Shown: positions 35,444-45,827, counted from the first letter of the stretch. The stretch: DNA of 64,000 bases from an uncultured Chitinophaga sp. (GCA_964355075.1 CAYHCF010000004.1:78028-142027); one strand, 5' to 3'. Numbers and translations are program-made. The notes: a model not told the origin generated them from the letters alone.

Positions 35444-37804
35444 ATGACAATGAAAACAGTCAGAATAATAACAACATTGCTTTTAATGTTTCTTGCGAAT
35501 ATGGTTTTTTCACAAACCGCTACACAAACATTAAGAGGAAAGGTTTACGATAACGAAACTCAGGCCCCGCTAACAGGTGCAACGGTTATCGTGTTGGGAA
35601 CAAAACCCTTATTGGGGACAACATCGGATATGAACGGCAATTACAAAATAGCTAATGTACCGGTAGGCCGCTATAATATTCAATTCAATTATGTGGGTTA
35701 TAAGCCGAAGATATTATCAGAAATACTGGTCTCCTCAGGCAAAGAGGTCGTTAATAATATCGGTTTAATTGAATCCGTTTCCCAAATGAAGGAGGTATCT
35801 ATAACAGGATCTTCGCAAAAAGACAAACCCATCAATTCGATGGCATCGGTTAGTGCAAGATCTTTTACGGTAGAAGAAACCAGCAGATATGCCGGAGGAA
35901 TGGATGATCCTGCACGCTTAGTATCTGCCTTTGCCGGTGTTACAACGGGTAATATTTCGGAAAATTCAATTTCCATCAGGGGGAATTCTCCTAAAGGCGT
36001 TTCGTGGCGGCTTGAGGGAGTAGAGATTCCGACACCAAGCCACTTTCCGGGAGCAAATGTTGCCGGAGGTGGATTCCTTACCATTTTCAGCAGTCAGCTT
36101 CTTTCCAATTCCGATTTTTTTACCGGGGCTTTTCCGTCTGAATACGGCAATGCATTGGCCGGAATTTTCGACATGAAACTTCGGAACGGGAATAACGAAA
36201 AACGAGAACATACCGTTCAGGCTGGAATGATGGGCATTGATTTATCTTCGGAAGGACCCTTTAAAAAAGGCAAAGATGCAACCTATTTATTTAATTATCG
36301 ATACTCGACTTTCGGTTTACTCACTGCTCTGGGACTTATTCCGTCAGAATCCGGGATACCTACCTATCAGGATTTATCATTTAAGCTGAACTTTCCTACA
36401 CAAAAAGCAGGGGTATTTTCTTTGTGGGGAATCGGTGCCATCGATAATATGAAAAAAAAGGACGAGCCTGATTCCACAAAATGGAAAAATGATGATAACA
36501 GATTTAATTATAACTGGAATATGAAAACCGGGGCCATTGGATTGAATCATAAATTCATCCTTGGTAAAAAATCGTATTTAAATACAATTATTTCCGGCTC
36601 CGGGATTGAGAATATTATGGATGCTACCCGACTTGACAGCAGTTTGACACGAAGACCAGAATGGTATTTTACTGACAAATCAGGTAAAATTACGATGAGT
36701 TCATTTATCAACCATAAGTTTAGTGCAAAACATACCCTAAAAGTGGGAGCCAGTTATCATGTATTATTTTATAATCTGAATCTTAACAGCACTATAAATG
36801 GAGATCCTGAAACTTTTCAGAACACCGTAAAGGGAAATAATTCCAGTAGTTTCTCAGAGTTTTATGCTCAGTCTAAATATGATATTACCGAAAATCTTTC
36901 TATGAATACCGGCATCCATTTTAATTATTTTGCTTTGAATAATACTTCATCAGTTGATCCGAGATTCAGTTTGAAATGGGGATTTTATCCAAAACATTCA
37001 ATTAGCTTTGGATATGGAATGCACAGTCAATTGGAGGAATTAAAAATATACCTGTACAACAAAAAAGAGAATAATCACAACGAATATCCAAATAAGAATC
37101 TGAATGTTTCGCACGCTCAACATTTTGTGCTCAGTTACGATTGGTCCGTCAACGATCATATTCGCCTGAAAATTGAACCTTACTATCAATATTTATATGA
37201 TATTCCGGGTATTTCAAACAGTTCCTATTCATTAATAAATTTTAAACAAGACTGGACATTCAGGAGTTCGCTGGCAAATAATACACAAGGGAAAAATGTA
37301 GGAATTGATTTTACCCTGGAACGCTTTTTGAACCATAATTACTATTATTTGGTAACAGCCTCCTTATTTGATTCCAAATACAAAGGTGACGACGGGATAT
37401 GGCGCAACACCAGGTATAACAGGGGATATGTATTAAACGTTCTTGGCGGAAAAGAATTTATCCTAACAAAAGGAAAGGTGCTTGGCTTAAATGGAAGACT
37501 AACCTACATGGGAGGCGAACGTAACAGTCCGCTACTTGTTGAAGAATCCTTAAAACAAAAATATGTGGTGTATGACGAATCGAAGGCATTCGAATCGCAG
37601 GCACCGGCCACCTATAACCTCGACCTGTCAGTGAGTTATCGAATCAACAAGGCAAAGCACTCCAGCGTATGGGCACTACAAGTAAAAAATGTGCTGGGTT
37701 CACCACTATGCTCAGGATACTATTATAATTATAAAACAAAAAATATTCAAAGAGATGATGTTGTTATTATTGTGCCAAACATCAGCTATAAAATTGAGTT
37801 CTAG
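35444..37804 (+). CDS. TonB-dependent receptor (CarboxypepD_reg-like N-terminus)
   Basis: Signal peptide, then LRGKVYDNETQAPLTGATVIVLGT ... GNYKIANVPVGRYNIQFNYVGYK, a plug, a barrel and a C-terminal Phe (YKIEF). It starts 14 nt after the hydrolase gene. Confidence 0.85.
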   Translation: MTMKTVRIITTLLLMFLANMVFSQTATQTLRGKVYDNETQAPLTGATVIVLGTKPLLGTTSDMNGNYKIANVPVGRYNIQFNYVGYKPKILSEILVSSGKEVVNNIGLIESVSQMKEVSITGSSQKDKPINSMASVSARSFTVEETSRYAGGMDDPARLVSAFAGVTTGNISENSISIRGNSPKGVSWRLEGVEIPTPSHFPGANVAGGGFLTIFSSQLLSNSDFFTGAFPSEYGNALAGIFDMKLRNGNNEKREHTVQAGMMGIDLSSEGPFKKGKDATYLFNYRYSTFGLLTALGLIPSESGIPTYQDLSFKLNFPTQKAGVFSLWGIGAIDNMKKKDEPDSTKWKNDDNRFNYNWNMKTGAIGLNHKFILGKKSYLNTIISGSGIENIMDATRLDSSLTRRPEWYFTDKSGKITMSSFINHKFSAKHTLKVGASYHVLFYNLNLNSTINGDPETFQNTVKGNNSSSFSEFYAQSKYDITENLSMNTGIHFNYFALNNTSSVDPRFSLKWGFYPKHSISFGYGMHSQLEELKIYLYNKKENNHNEYPNKNLNVSHAQHFVLSYDWSVNDHIRLKIEPYYQYLYDIPGISNSSYSLINFKQDWTFRSSLANNTQGKNVGIDFTLERFLNHNYYYLVTASLFDSKYKGDDGIWRNTRYNRGYVLNVLGGKEFILTKGKVLGLNGRLTYMGGERNSPLLVEESLKQKYVVYDESKAFESQAPATYNLDLSVSYRINKAKHSSVWALQVKNVLGSPLCSGYYYNYKTKNIQRDDVVIIVPNISYKIEF

Positions 37805-37999
37805 TTGAAACTGAAACATGTGGTAAAACGGGGATGAATAAATTGTTTATGGAATCTCAGGAAGTTAGCATCAATTTTTTTTAGAAAGAGTCATGCATCA
37901 CGGGAAAGACAATTTGCCGGCAAATAAAATTGTATTACCTTGCATGAATAAGATAAGTAACCATGGCTTTGGAGCGCATTTCAAAAAAGGACCAAACCA

Positions 38000-38821
38000 A
38001 TGACAGAACCTGCAACAAAATTTTATCCTAACATAGCACAGAGCTTCGGAATTACCGGAATAGTGATATTAGGGATGATTATCTTAAGCCCCGTGTTTTT
38101 GTTCCTTGATAAATTTTTTATTAGGGATGCCTCTATGCTCATCTATTACCTATTGGCAATAGGGATTCCTTTCTGGATTGTTTATTCTATAAAGAAAAAA
38201 GAAACCGGTGACCCTTCCTTTAAACTGGCAATTAAAAATATACGAATCATTCCTTTGGTATTGGTTGTGGCATGGGCATTACTTTTTGGAGTCATTTCAC
38301 CCATTCAAAATTTAATACCCATGCCGGAAATGATGAAAAAGGCAATCATGAATTTCGGAAGCATGACAGGGGTTTTTGCGTTTTTTCTGATGGTAATGGC
38401 TGCACCCGTTTTAGAGGAATTCATATTCAGGGGAATTATCCTGGATGGCCTCTTGAAAAGATATTCTCCAATAAAATCCATACTGGTTTCCAGTATACTT
38501 TTTGGATTGGTTCATTTAAACCCCTGGCAATTTGTGGGTGCATTCATCATTGGAATTTTTTCGGGTTGGGTTTATTACAGAACCCAATGTTTATCCTTTT
38601 CAATTATCATACATGCGGCTGTTAATTTAACCGGTTATATATTGAACAGTTCTGATAATATTGAGTCATCAATGGATGAAACTTTATTAGAAATGTATGG
38701 TGGACTAACCCATTTATTTCTGGCAATCATTGGGTCAATTTTCCTTGCCACAATTTGTATCTTCTTCCTGAGAAAAGAATTTATCAAAGGTGATATGGAA
38801 GAGGAGAGTGCACAAGAATAA
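38000..38821 (+). CDS. CPBP family intramembrane glutamic endopeptidase (CAAX protease-like)
   Basis: Motifs EExxxR (LEEFIFRG), FxxxH (LFGLVH) and HxxxN (HAAVN). Polytopic membrane protein. Confidence 0.85.
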   Translation: MTEPATKFYPNIAQSFGITGIVILGMIILSPVFLFLDKFFIRDASMLIYYLLAIGIPFWIVYSIKKKETGDPSFKLAIKNIRIIPLVLVVAWALLFGVISPIQNLIPMPEMMKKAIMNFGSMTGVFAFFLMVMAAPVLEEFIFRGIILDGLLKRYSPIKSILVSSILFGLVHLNPWQFVGAFIIGIFSGWVYYRTQCLSFSIIIHAAVNLTGYILNSSDNIESSMDETLLEMYGGLTHLFLAIIGSIFLATICIFFLRKEFIKGDMEEESAQE

Positions 38822-38856
38822 AGGGATTTTATTACTCCTCCTATGTTGCTCATTGA

Positions 38857-39648
38857 TTAGTCCGTAAAGTTTATGGCGTTTGGAAGCATTTGTAAAAACG
38901 GTAGTGCTTTGCTATAATCCAATGCAGGATATTCTAAACCCAATGCACGAATGTTTTTGTAATAAGTTTGATGTTGCCCATAGTAGTTTCTTTCGCTTGG
39001 AACAAACCATGCTTTGTCTCCAAGTTTTTGCCCTAAAAACCACTTCTCTAACAGCCGTCCACTTCTCCCGTTACCATCATTCCAAGGATGAATTTTTACA
39101 AATATCAAATGAATCATAGCGGCAAAAAAGAAAACCTCCTGAATCGTTAATTCTGTTTTCATAAGCAATTCAATGTCTTGGTAAATTTTTTCCATTTCGC
39201 CTTCCACTTCAAATGGTGTTGCGGCTACATATTCTATTCTTCCATCTGGTGTGCTTATATACATGTTTTGTGTTCGTAACTTGCCTTGTTGATGTTTGGC
39301 AACAATGTGTTTGCACAACAGTTTATGTGCTTCGCTGATGTTGGCCTTATTCAGCACATTGGTTTTGGCAAAAGTGTAAGCACTGTATAAGTCATCAATC
39401 TTTTTGGTGTAGTCAGGCAAAAACTTTATGCCGAATTTTTTGTGTTTGATGTAACTGTCCAAATCAATATTTTCTCCTTCTATCTTGCTTGAAAAAACCG
39501 ATGCTACCGAAGTATAAAAACTGAAATTGTCTGTTGAAATTTCGGCATCAACCAATTTATCAAAGTCGTTTTGCAATTCCTTATCCACCTGCTTGCAATA
39601 TTGCTCCAGCAAATCAATGGGAATTATTATTAAATCAATTTTCTTCAT
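38857..39648 (-). CDS. Fic family protein (class II, internal inhibitory helix)
   Basis: Fic motif HPWNDGNGRSGR. N-terminal inhibitory motif SSKIEG matches [ST]xxxE[GN]. Confidence 0.9.
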   Translation of the reverse strand: MKKIDLIIIPIDLLEQYCKQVDKELQNDFDKLVDAEISTDNFSFYTSVASVFSSKIEGENIDLDSYIKHKKFGIKFLPDYTKKIDDLYSAYTFAKTNVLNKANISEAHKLLCKHIVAKHQQGKLRTQNMYISTPDGRIEYVAATPFEVEGEMEKIYQDIELLMKTELTIQEVFFFAAMIHLIFVKIHPWNDGNGRSGRLLEKWFLGQKLGDKAWFVPSERNYYGQHQTYYKNIRALGLEYPALDYSKALPFLQMLPNAINFTD

Positions 39649-40035
39649 GCTGTTTTTAAAGTTCTGTTTCTAATTCTTTCACTGCCTGCAAATATTTTTC
39701 TTTGCTTCCACAGCCACCAATAATTTCAATGGGTGAATCAAATTCGCTAAGTGGTTTTATTTTTAAAATCTCCATGCTTTCTAAATTTTCAATTCCTTCA
39801 TCAGTGTTGTAAAATAGCTCTTAAAAGTAGTCAAAGATATGATTCTGACTGCTGAATTTCTTAAAGCGTTTGAGAAAACACTTTCCCCTTTATTTGCGGG
39901 GTGGTTTTGTGTCAGGCAAAAAAATGTATATGTGTTTTGTGCGACTTATTCATATCCAAACACACGAAAAGCAAATTGGATTAGACATTACAGGCACTAA
40001 AACAATTTAATCGTATTTTAATGTCACTTTTATCG

Positions 40036-40043
40036 TATGTTTG
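40036..40043 (+). promoter_or_regulatory. -7 box candidate (TAtgTTTG)
   Basis: Exact TAnnTTTG match, 26 nt upstream of the ATG at 40069. Confidence 0.35.
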
Positions 40044-40068
40044 ATTTGAATTAATCAAACAATAAGCT

Positions 40069-41430
40069 ATGAAAAAAATTTACTTCACCCTATCCTTACT
40101 TTTTTCGGCAACACTGGGTATTTCCCAAAACTGGTCGAACGTAGGTAGTCCATACTTTAGCACGGGCACTACCTCAAGCTCCTTTCTCTATTTTGGCGAT
40201 ATGGAAATAGACGCTGCAGGCAATATTTATGTTGGCTATTGGGATTATGGCGGCAAATGTAATTTTGCAAAATACAATGGAACAAGCTGGAATATATTGC
40301 CATCGCCTGGAACTTTTGCCGTTAGTTTCGATGACATTGAAATACGCGGAACCGATTATTACTATTCCTATATGGGTGCGAGAGGGACTAACCTTTACGC
40401 CTATGTGAAGAAATATGATGGAAGCAGCACCTGGAACTTTGTTGGAGATTCGATTCTCATTGGAGGCACCGGACAGGGAGGCTCCTTCGATTTTTTATTA
40501 GACAATAATGGTGTACCTACCCTGATTGGAATACAAAAGGCTGCATTTCAGGAAAAAACCGTAAAACAATTTATATCAGGTGCCTGGGTTACAACTTATA
40601 TCATTCCTAAAAGTAATGGGTCATTGTTTAAAGAAGGCTCTGCCATTTTTGATGCCAGCAATAAGTTGAATTGTATCATGGGCGGAAACCTATCCCTTCC
40701 GGGGCCACCCTATGTAAAATATTATACAATAGGCTTAAAAATAGATGGTGCCACCAGTGCAGTTATTGCAGATACCATTTATGTTTCTTTAATCAATGGG
40801 CAATTTAGAATGGACAATGCCGGTAATTCCTATATGCTCTTTAACAACTCCAGCAAGCCTGCATTTCTTTCTTATAAATTAAACGGTTCCAAATGGGATC
40901 TGATTTCAGATACTGTTGGGCAAAATGAAAGCATGCTTTATACAGATGTTTCAAGCGACGGGAAAGTGTTCTTTAATACCAATACAGCGACAGGTACACA
41001 AAAAAGCATGTATTCATATATTGCAGGTGTAAGGAGCCAAATGGACTCCATAAATTATAATGGGATCATGATGGGTGCTATCAGCGATCTGATTGTTAGA
41101 AATGGAAATGTATATGCTTTAATTCAGGAAGGTCATTTTAGTGTAATGAAACACACGGTAAGTGGAGGTAGTTCAGCTATTCATGAAAGAGTTTTTAACA
41201 AAGAAGTCTTATCCATTTACCCAAATCCCGCAAATGGAATACTGCACATTGACCTGCCTGAAATTCCTGTTGAAAATTCCTCCATTCAGTTGTACGATAT
41301 CATGGGGAAATTTGTTTTTGAGGAAGCTCTCTCTTCTAAAACTAATACAATCCTGTTGCCTGAATTGCCAAACGGAACCTATTTATTAAAGGTGGGTACT
41401 TTCTGGCAGAAACTGCAAATAGTAAGATAA
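40069..41430 (+). CDS. T9SS type-A sorting-domain protein (unknown beta-rich passenger)
   Basis: Signal peptide. CTD reads LSIYPNPANGILHIDL ... GTYLLKVG ... LQIVR. Confidence 0.8.
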   Translation: MKKIYFTLSLLFSATLGISQNWSNVGSPYFSTGTTSSSFLYFGDMEIDAAGNIYVGYWDYGGKCNFAKYNGTSWNILPSPGTFAVSFDDIEIRGTDYYYSYMGARGTNLYAYVKKYDGSSTWNFVGDSILIGGTGQGGSFDFLLDNNGVPTLIGIQKAAFQEKTVKQFISGAWVTTYIIPKSNGSLFKEGSAIFDASNKLNCIMGGNLSLPGPPYVKYYTIGLKIDGATSAVIADTIYVSLINGQFRMDNAGNSYMLFNNSSKPAFLSYKLNGSKWDLISDTVGQNESMLYTDVSSDGKVFFNTNTATGTQKSMYSYIAGVRSQMDSINYNGIMMGAISDLIVRNGNVYALIQEGHFSVMKHTVSGGSSAIHERVFNKEVLSIYPNPANGILHIDLPEIPVENSSIQLYDIMGKFVFEEALSSKTNTILLPELPNGTYLLKVGTFWQKLQIVR

Positions 41431-41435
41431 AATTA

Positions 41436-44400
41436 TTATGCCGGTACAGAATCTGTATGCGTCCAATTAGATAAAATAGGAACCAAACTCTCGCTATTTT
41501 CTCTTAGCTGATATTCTTTTACCTGATACATAAATGCCTGTAAACGGGTTTCTATGGAAGCGTCTTCCTGGCCATCATAGGTATAATCAACCCATGGAAT
41601 CTGATTGTGATCTTTGCGGAACACATCGGAGATTGAACAAATTAAGGTACCAGGCATACAGGTAAAAGGCAGCACATTGCAAATGCCCGAAACACCTTTT
41701 TTGGTATGTGCCGAAGCAGAACCTATTGCCATTACCGGATCGCCATCGTAATCTCTATGTACATAAGGAGCTGTTAATTGGAGCATGGTTTCAAGAGAAA
41801 TTTCTTTTTCAACATCAACCAATTCTTCTACTGTACTAAAAAGTTTTTTATAAGAGGCATGTTGCGCATACTCCTGAATTTTCGATTTCAGAATACCCAA
41901 ATAATCACCTTTCCATTTGCTATCGCGGGTATATCGGTAGGTAGAATAAACAAACCACTCAGAAAATGGCGCCATCAAGGTTTCAGCCCCCAATGCTTCT
42001 AATCTTTTTACAATGTTTCCGCTGCAATACCGGTTGTCTCTCATAAATATTTCTCCTACAATAGACACAACGGGTTTACGGGGGATATTCAAAATTTCTA
42101 TTGCCTTGAATTTCTTACCACAATCTTCCAAAACAGCTGCCAAATCTTTGGTACTGTTCTCTACACTTTTTACTATGCGGTCTAATGAATCAAAATAAAC
42201 TATATCGGTATCTCCCTGGTTTTTCTCATAAGGGCGGTATTGTTGCTGCAGTTTGCGAATCATATCAAAGGCAACAAAACCTTTCCAGACATTGATGCGG
42301 AATTTTGAGCCATTACCCGGTGTGATATCAGAATAAGAACCGTCGTTGGAAGGGGTAACGATTTTCACATCGGTCATTTTCAGGCGATCGAAAATAATTT
42401 TCTGCAACTGATTGTACTGCCCAAACCTGCAGGGTCCGTTATGATCGGGCATAAAGAAACTAATTTTCTTTGGATCCACATCGGGTTCCAGCAATTTCTT
42501 AATAAACGAACCCGTGGTGCAAATCATCGGGAAACATTCTTTGGCAGAAGTATATTTTCGGCCAATTTCAAGGTCGGCATTGGTCTGGATAGGAAGGCTA
42601 TAGGATTCGATCCCGCAACTTCTGGCCGCCGCCGCTGCAATATACGAGCCATCGTGCATATATGGCCAATACAATACCCTGTCTTTGGAAGGGGTTGCCT
42701 GCTTAAAGTTTTTAGAAATATTGCTCTGAATGGATGCCGTTTTTCTTCCTTTTTTTCTAACGCTATCTAAGAAAGCTTCCAGACGGGTAATGAGTCCGGC
42801 ATCGGCAGAATGTTCATCAATTTCAATTTGAATGGATGGTTTTCCTTTAAGTGTTTCGGTTACAAAGTGCGAAAGGAAAGAATCGGGTCCGCAACGGAAA
42901 TTACCGGTATAAACGCCGTACATATTATCCGTCTTTGCAATAATCTTTGCTCCGGCAAGAATTTTTCTGCCACCCGGCCAATACATATTCGGAAACTCAT
43001 CAAAAATATTTTCCTCATTCAAAGGGAGAAAATCAAGTGGAATGGGAAGCACATTGAGCGTAATCAGCTTCTCTACCAGCCTCAGATTAAGTTCGGGGTC
43101 GCCTGTATTGTATGACCTTCCTAAAATTACCACTGCTTCACGGTCCTTAGGCAGGTTGTTAAGGATCTCACCACCTCTTACCGTAAGTGATTTTTCGAAA
43201 GCCTGTTGTTTTTCCTTCGCCAGATAAAGTGCCTGTTTAACTGCTTTGCCTTTGGTACCAAATTGTTTCTTCATAAAGTCTGACATTTCTTTCACAAAAA
43301 CTTTATCGAAGAATCGTGGATGCAAAGCAGGAATGAGCATTTTGTCTTTTCCGGGATGGGATGCTAAGGCAGCGCGTACCATAAATGCGTAGGACTGTAT
43401 CCAGGGGCAGTTGCAATTTGAGGTGGGATTGTCGGCGGCAGCGTTTGCATTGATTACAAAAGGAACAAATACATGATCCACATTTTTATTCAACAGGTCT
43501 AAAACATGACCATGAACTACTTCTATGGGCAAACAGGTTTCAGAGTTAAGAATTTCAAGAGATTTTGCAATGAGTGCACGATCGGTATGTTTTGAAAGCA
43601 CTACCTGAAAACCGAGTTCGGTAAAAAAGGTTCTCCAAAACGGGAATTCCTGATAATACAGTACCAACTCTCTTGGGATACCAATTGAAATGCCGCCTTT
43701 ATTCTTCTCTTCGTCATAATCGCCGAGCAGCATTTTTTCTCTTTCTACAAATAAATCCGGAATATCATCCACTTTCCGCTTCCTGTCCGACATTTCATAT
43801 TTTTCGCATCTTCCACCGTAGCAAAAGGGCTTTTTTTCGCCAGCAACTTTCACCATTCTTATTTCGCAGAGGTCGTGGCAATCTTTATCTTTACAGGTAA
43901 ATTTATCTAAGGTAAAAGAGGCATTTCGCACCTCAAATCCTTTAAATTTTGTTTGCCCCGTTTCCTGCACTTTTTCCCTGGCAATTATGGCCATGCCAAT
44001 GGCTCCGGTAACATCAAAGTTAGGCGGAATGATAATGGGTTTTCCGGTTATCTGCTCAAAGGCCGCTACCACTCCTTTATTGTTTGCAACGCCTCCCTGA
44101 AAGAAAATTTTATCTCCAATTTTTCTGCTGCCAACTACTTTTTGGATATAGTTATTTACGATTGAGTAGGCTAAGCCACCCACCAGGTTTGCGTTTTTTT
44201 CGCCACGTTGTTGGTTCGCGTTCAGGTCTGATTCAATAAAAACCGTACACCGGCAGCCTAAGGAGGTGGGCTTTTCCGAATTCAAGGCCAGGGTTCCAAA
44301 TTCTTCAATGATATTGATATCTAATTTTTCGGCTTGTTCTTCCAGGAATGAACCGGTACCTGCAGCACATACTTTATTCATTTCAAAATCAACAACCACC

Positions 44401-45827
44401 CCATTTTCGATACTGATATATTTTGAATCCTGACCACCAATTTCAAAAATAGTATCTACCGTTGGGTCGTGGGTTATGGCGGCGGTTGCCTGAGCGGTTA
44501 TTTCATTTTGTATGACATCGGCACCAATAAAATCACCTGTAAGATAACGCCCTGAACCGGTAGTTCCGGCGGCTTTTATCTCCACCTTGGTTCCTACTTC
44601 CTCATAAATTTCCTGCAAACCCCGTTTGATTGCCTCAAGCGGGCGACTGGCAGTTGGCAAGTACTTTCGGGCAATTACATTATTAAAGTCATCTATTAAA
44701 ACAACATTGGTACTGAGCGATCCAACATCAATTCCCAGGTAAACAGGATATTTTGTTTGCCCGTTTAATTGAAAGGAAATATTCTTTTCAAGTATTGCTG
44801 CTGATTCTTTCAGTATTGGAAGACCTTCACTGTTGCCATTTGATTTTAGCAAGTAACTTTCCAGATCGCTGATACCTTTGAAAGGCTCCGTACCATCAGG
44901 AGATTCCATCACATAATAAATGGCTCCGAGGGCACCCATTGAAGCATGATTTTCGGGTATGATTAATTCTCCTTCTTTGAGATTAAGTATTTCGTTGAAA
45001 GCATGAATAACACCGGCATTAGCAGCAACTCCTCCCTGAAAAACAATAGGCTTTACGAGGTCTTTTCCTTTGGCCAGGTTACTCTTGAAATTTCGGGCAA
45101 CCGCAAAACATAATCCGGCAACAATATCATGAACCGGTGTGGCAATTTGTTGCAGGTGAATCATATCGCTTTTGGCAAAAACGCTGCATCGTCCGGCGAT
45201 ATGCGGAGGTTTTTCGGATTGAAGCGCTAATTCACCGAATTCTTTTTCTATGGAAACGCCAATTCGTTTTGCCTGTTGATCGAGAAAAGAACCCGTACCC
45301 GCAGCACAAATACTGTTCATGGCAAAATCAGCCAGACTGGAATGAGCCATTTCAGCACCTTTGTCCATAAAAATGAGCTTCGAATCTTCTCCGCCCATTT
45401 CAATAATCGTTTTTGCTTCGGGATGAAGTTTTGAAACCGATTTTGATTGTGCAATAATCTCATTGATAAATTGCCCGCCGATGAGTTCAGTAGCTAATTT
45501 CCCTCCGGTACCGGTAATGGCTACGAGCTTAAATTGCTCACTATCATATCTCAGCAACAGGTCAGTTAGCCTTTTACGAAGCATCAGAAAAGGTTGTCCA
45601 TGACAATGATCGTAATAATTTTCAAGGATATTCTCTTCCTGATCGATAATAACGGTATTTAACGAAATAGAGCCTAAATCGAGGCCCAGGTAGAGTGGTT
45701 TTTTGACTGTGGAGTAGGCTTGATTATGCATTTTGAACATTAGGCTTTGGTGATAAAGCTGTGTTTTTTTATCGAAAATAATTGTTTTTTCTGTAAAATA
45801 AAATTGGCTTGGAAATAAATTTTTCAT
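41436..45827 (-). CDS. fused double BcrAD/BadFG-type activase + dehydratase-component-like protein (acyl-CoA dehydratase activase-related)
   Basis: Two ATPase modules are present (YLGLDLGSISLNTV and YLGIDVGSLSTNVV; NSICAAGTGSFLDQQA and NKVCAAGTGSFLEEQA). They are followed by a ~750-aa Cys-containing C-terminal half. The start is uncertain; 45827, 45737 and 45728 are all ATG. Confidence 0.85.
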   Translation of the reverse strand: MKNLFPSQFYFTEKTIIFDKKTQLYHQSLMFKMHNQAYSTVKKPLYLGLDLGSISLNTVIIDQEENILENYYDHCHGQPFLMLRKRLTDLLLRYDSEQFKLVAITGTGGKLATELIGGQFINEIIAQSKSVSKLHPEAKTIIEMGGEDSKLIFMDKGAEMAHSSLADFAMNSICAAGTGSFLDQQAKRIGVSIEKEFGELALQSEKPPHIAGRCSVFAKSDMIHLQQIATPVHDIVAGLCFAVARNFKSNLAKGKDLVKPIVFQGGVAANAGVIHAFNEILNLKEGELIIPENHASMGALGAIYYVMESPDGTEPFKGISDLESYLLKSNGNSEGLPILKESAAILEKNISFQLNGQTKYPVYLGIDVGSLSTNVVLIDDFNNVIARKYLPTASRPLEAIKRGLQEIYEEVGTKVEIKAAGTTGSGRYLTGDFIGADVIQNEITAQATAAITHDPTVDTIFEIGGQDSKYISIENGVVVDFEMNKVCAAGTGSFLEEQAEKLDINIIEEFGTLALNSEKPTSLGCRCTVFIESDLNANQQRGEKNANLVGGLAYSIVNNYIQKVVGSRKIGDKIFFQGGVANNKGVVAAFEQITGKPIIIPPNFDVTGAIGMAIIAREKVQETGQTKFKGFEVRNASFTLDKFTCKDKDCHDLCEIRMVKVAGEKKPFCYGGRCEKYEMSDRKRKVDDIPDLFVEREKMLLGDYDEEKNKGGISIGIPRELVLYYQEFPFWRTFFTELGFQVVLSKHTDRALIAKSLEILNSETCLPIEVVHGHVLDLLNKNVDHVFVPFVINANAAADNPTSNCNCPWIQSYAFMVRAALASHPGKDKMLIPALHPRFFDKVFVKEMSDFMKKQFGTKGKAVKQALYLAKEKQQAFEKSLTVRGGEILNNLPKDREAVVILGRSYNTGDPELNLRLVEKLITLNVLPIPLDFLPLNEENIFDEFPNMYWPGGRKILAGAKIIAKTDNMYGVYTGNFRCGPDSFLSHFVTETLKGKPSIQIEIDEHSADAGLITRLEAFLDSVRKKGRKTASIQSNISKNFKQATPSKDRVLYWPYMHDGSYIAAAAARSCGIESYSLPIQTNADLEIGRKYTSAKECFPMICTTGSFIKKLLEPDVDPKKISFFMPDHNGPCRFGQYNQLQKIIFDRLKMTDVKIVTPSNDGSYSDITPGNGSKFRINVWKGFVAFDMIRKLQQQYRPYEKNQGDTDIVYFDSLDRIVKSVENSTKDLAAVLEDCGKKFKAIEILNIPRKPVVSIVGEIFMRDNRYCSGNIVKRLEALGAETLMAPFSEWFVYSTYRYTRDSKWKGDYLGILKSKIQEYAQHASYKKLFSTVEELVDVEKEISLETMLQLTAPYVHRDYDGDPVMAIGSASAHTKKGVSGICNVLPFTCMPGTLICSISDVFRKDHNQIPWVDYTYDGQEDASIETRLQAFMYQVKEYQLRENSESLVPILSNWTHTDSVPA

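Noticed and set aside
35698-36084. Numerous 60-150-aa ORFs nested antisense or out of frame inside long genes (for example 35698-36084, 14533-14988, 42441-42770, 1259-1591, 55364-55678)
   Set aside because: All lie wholly within much longer ORFs that have strong family motifs. They have biased or low-complexity composition and no start-site features, so they are treated as shadow ORFs.
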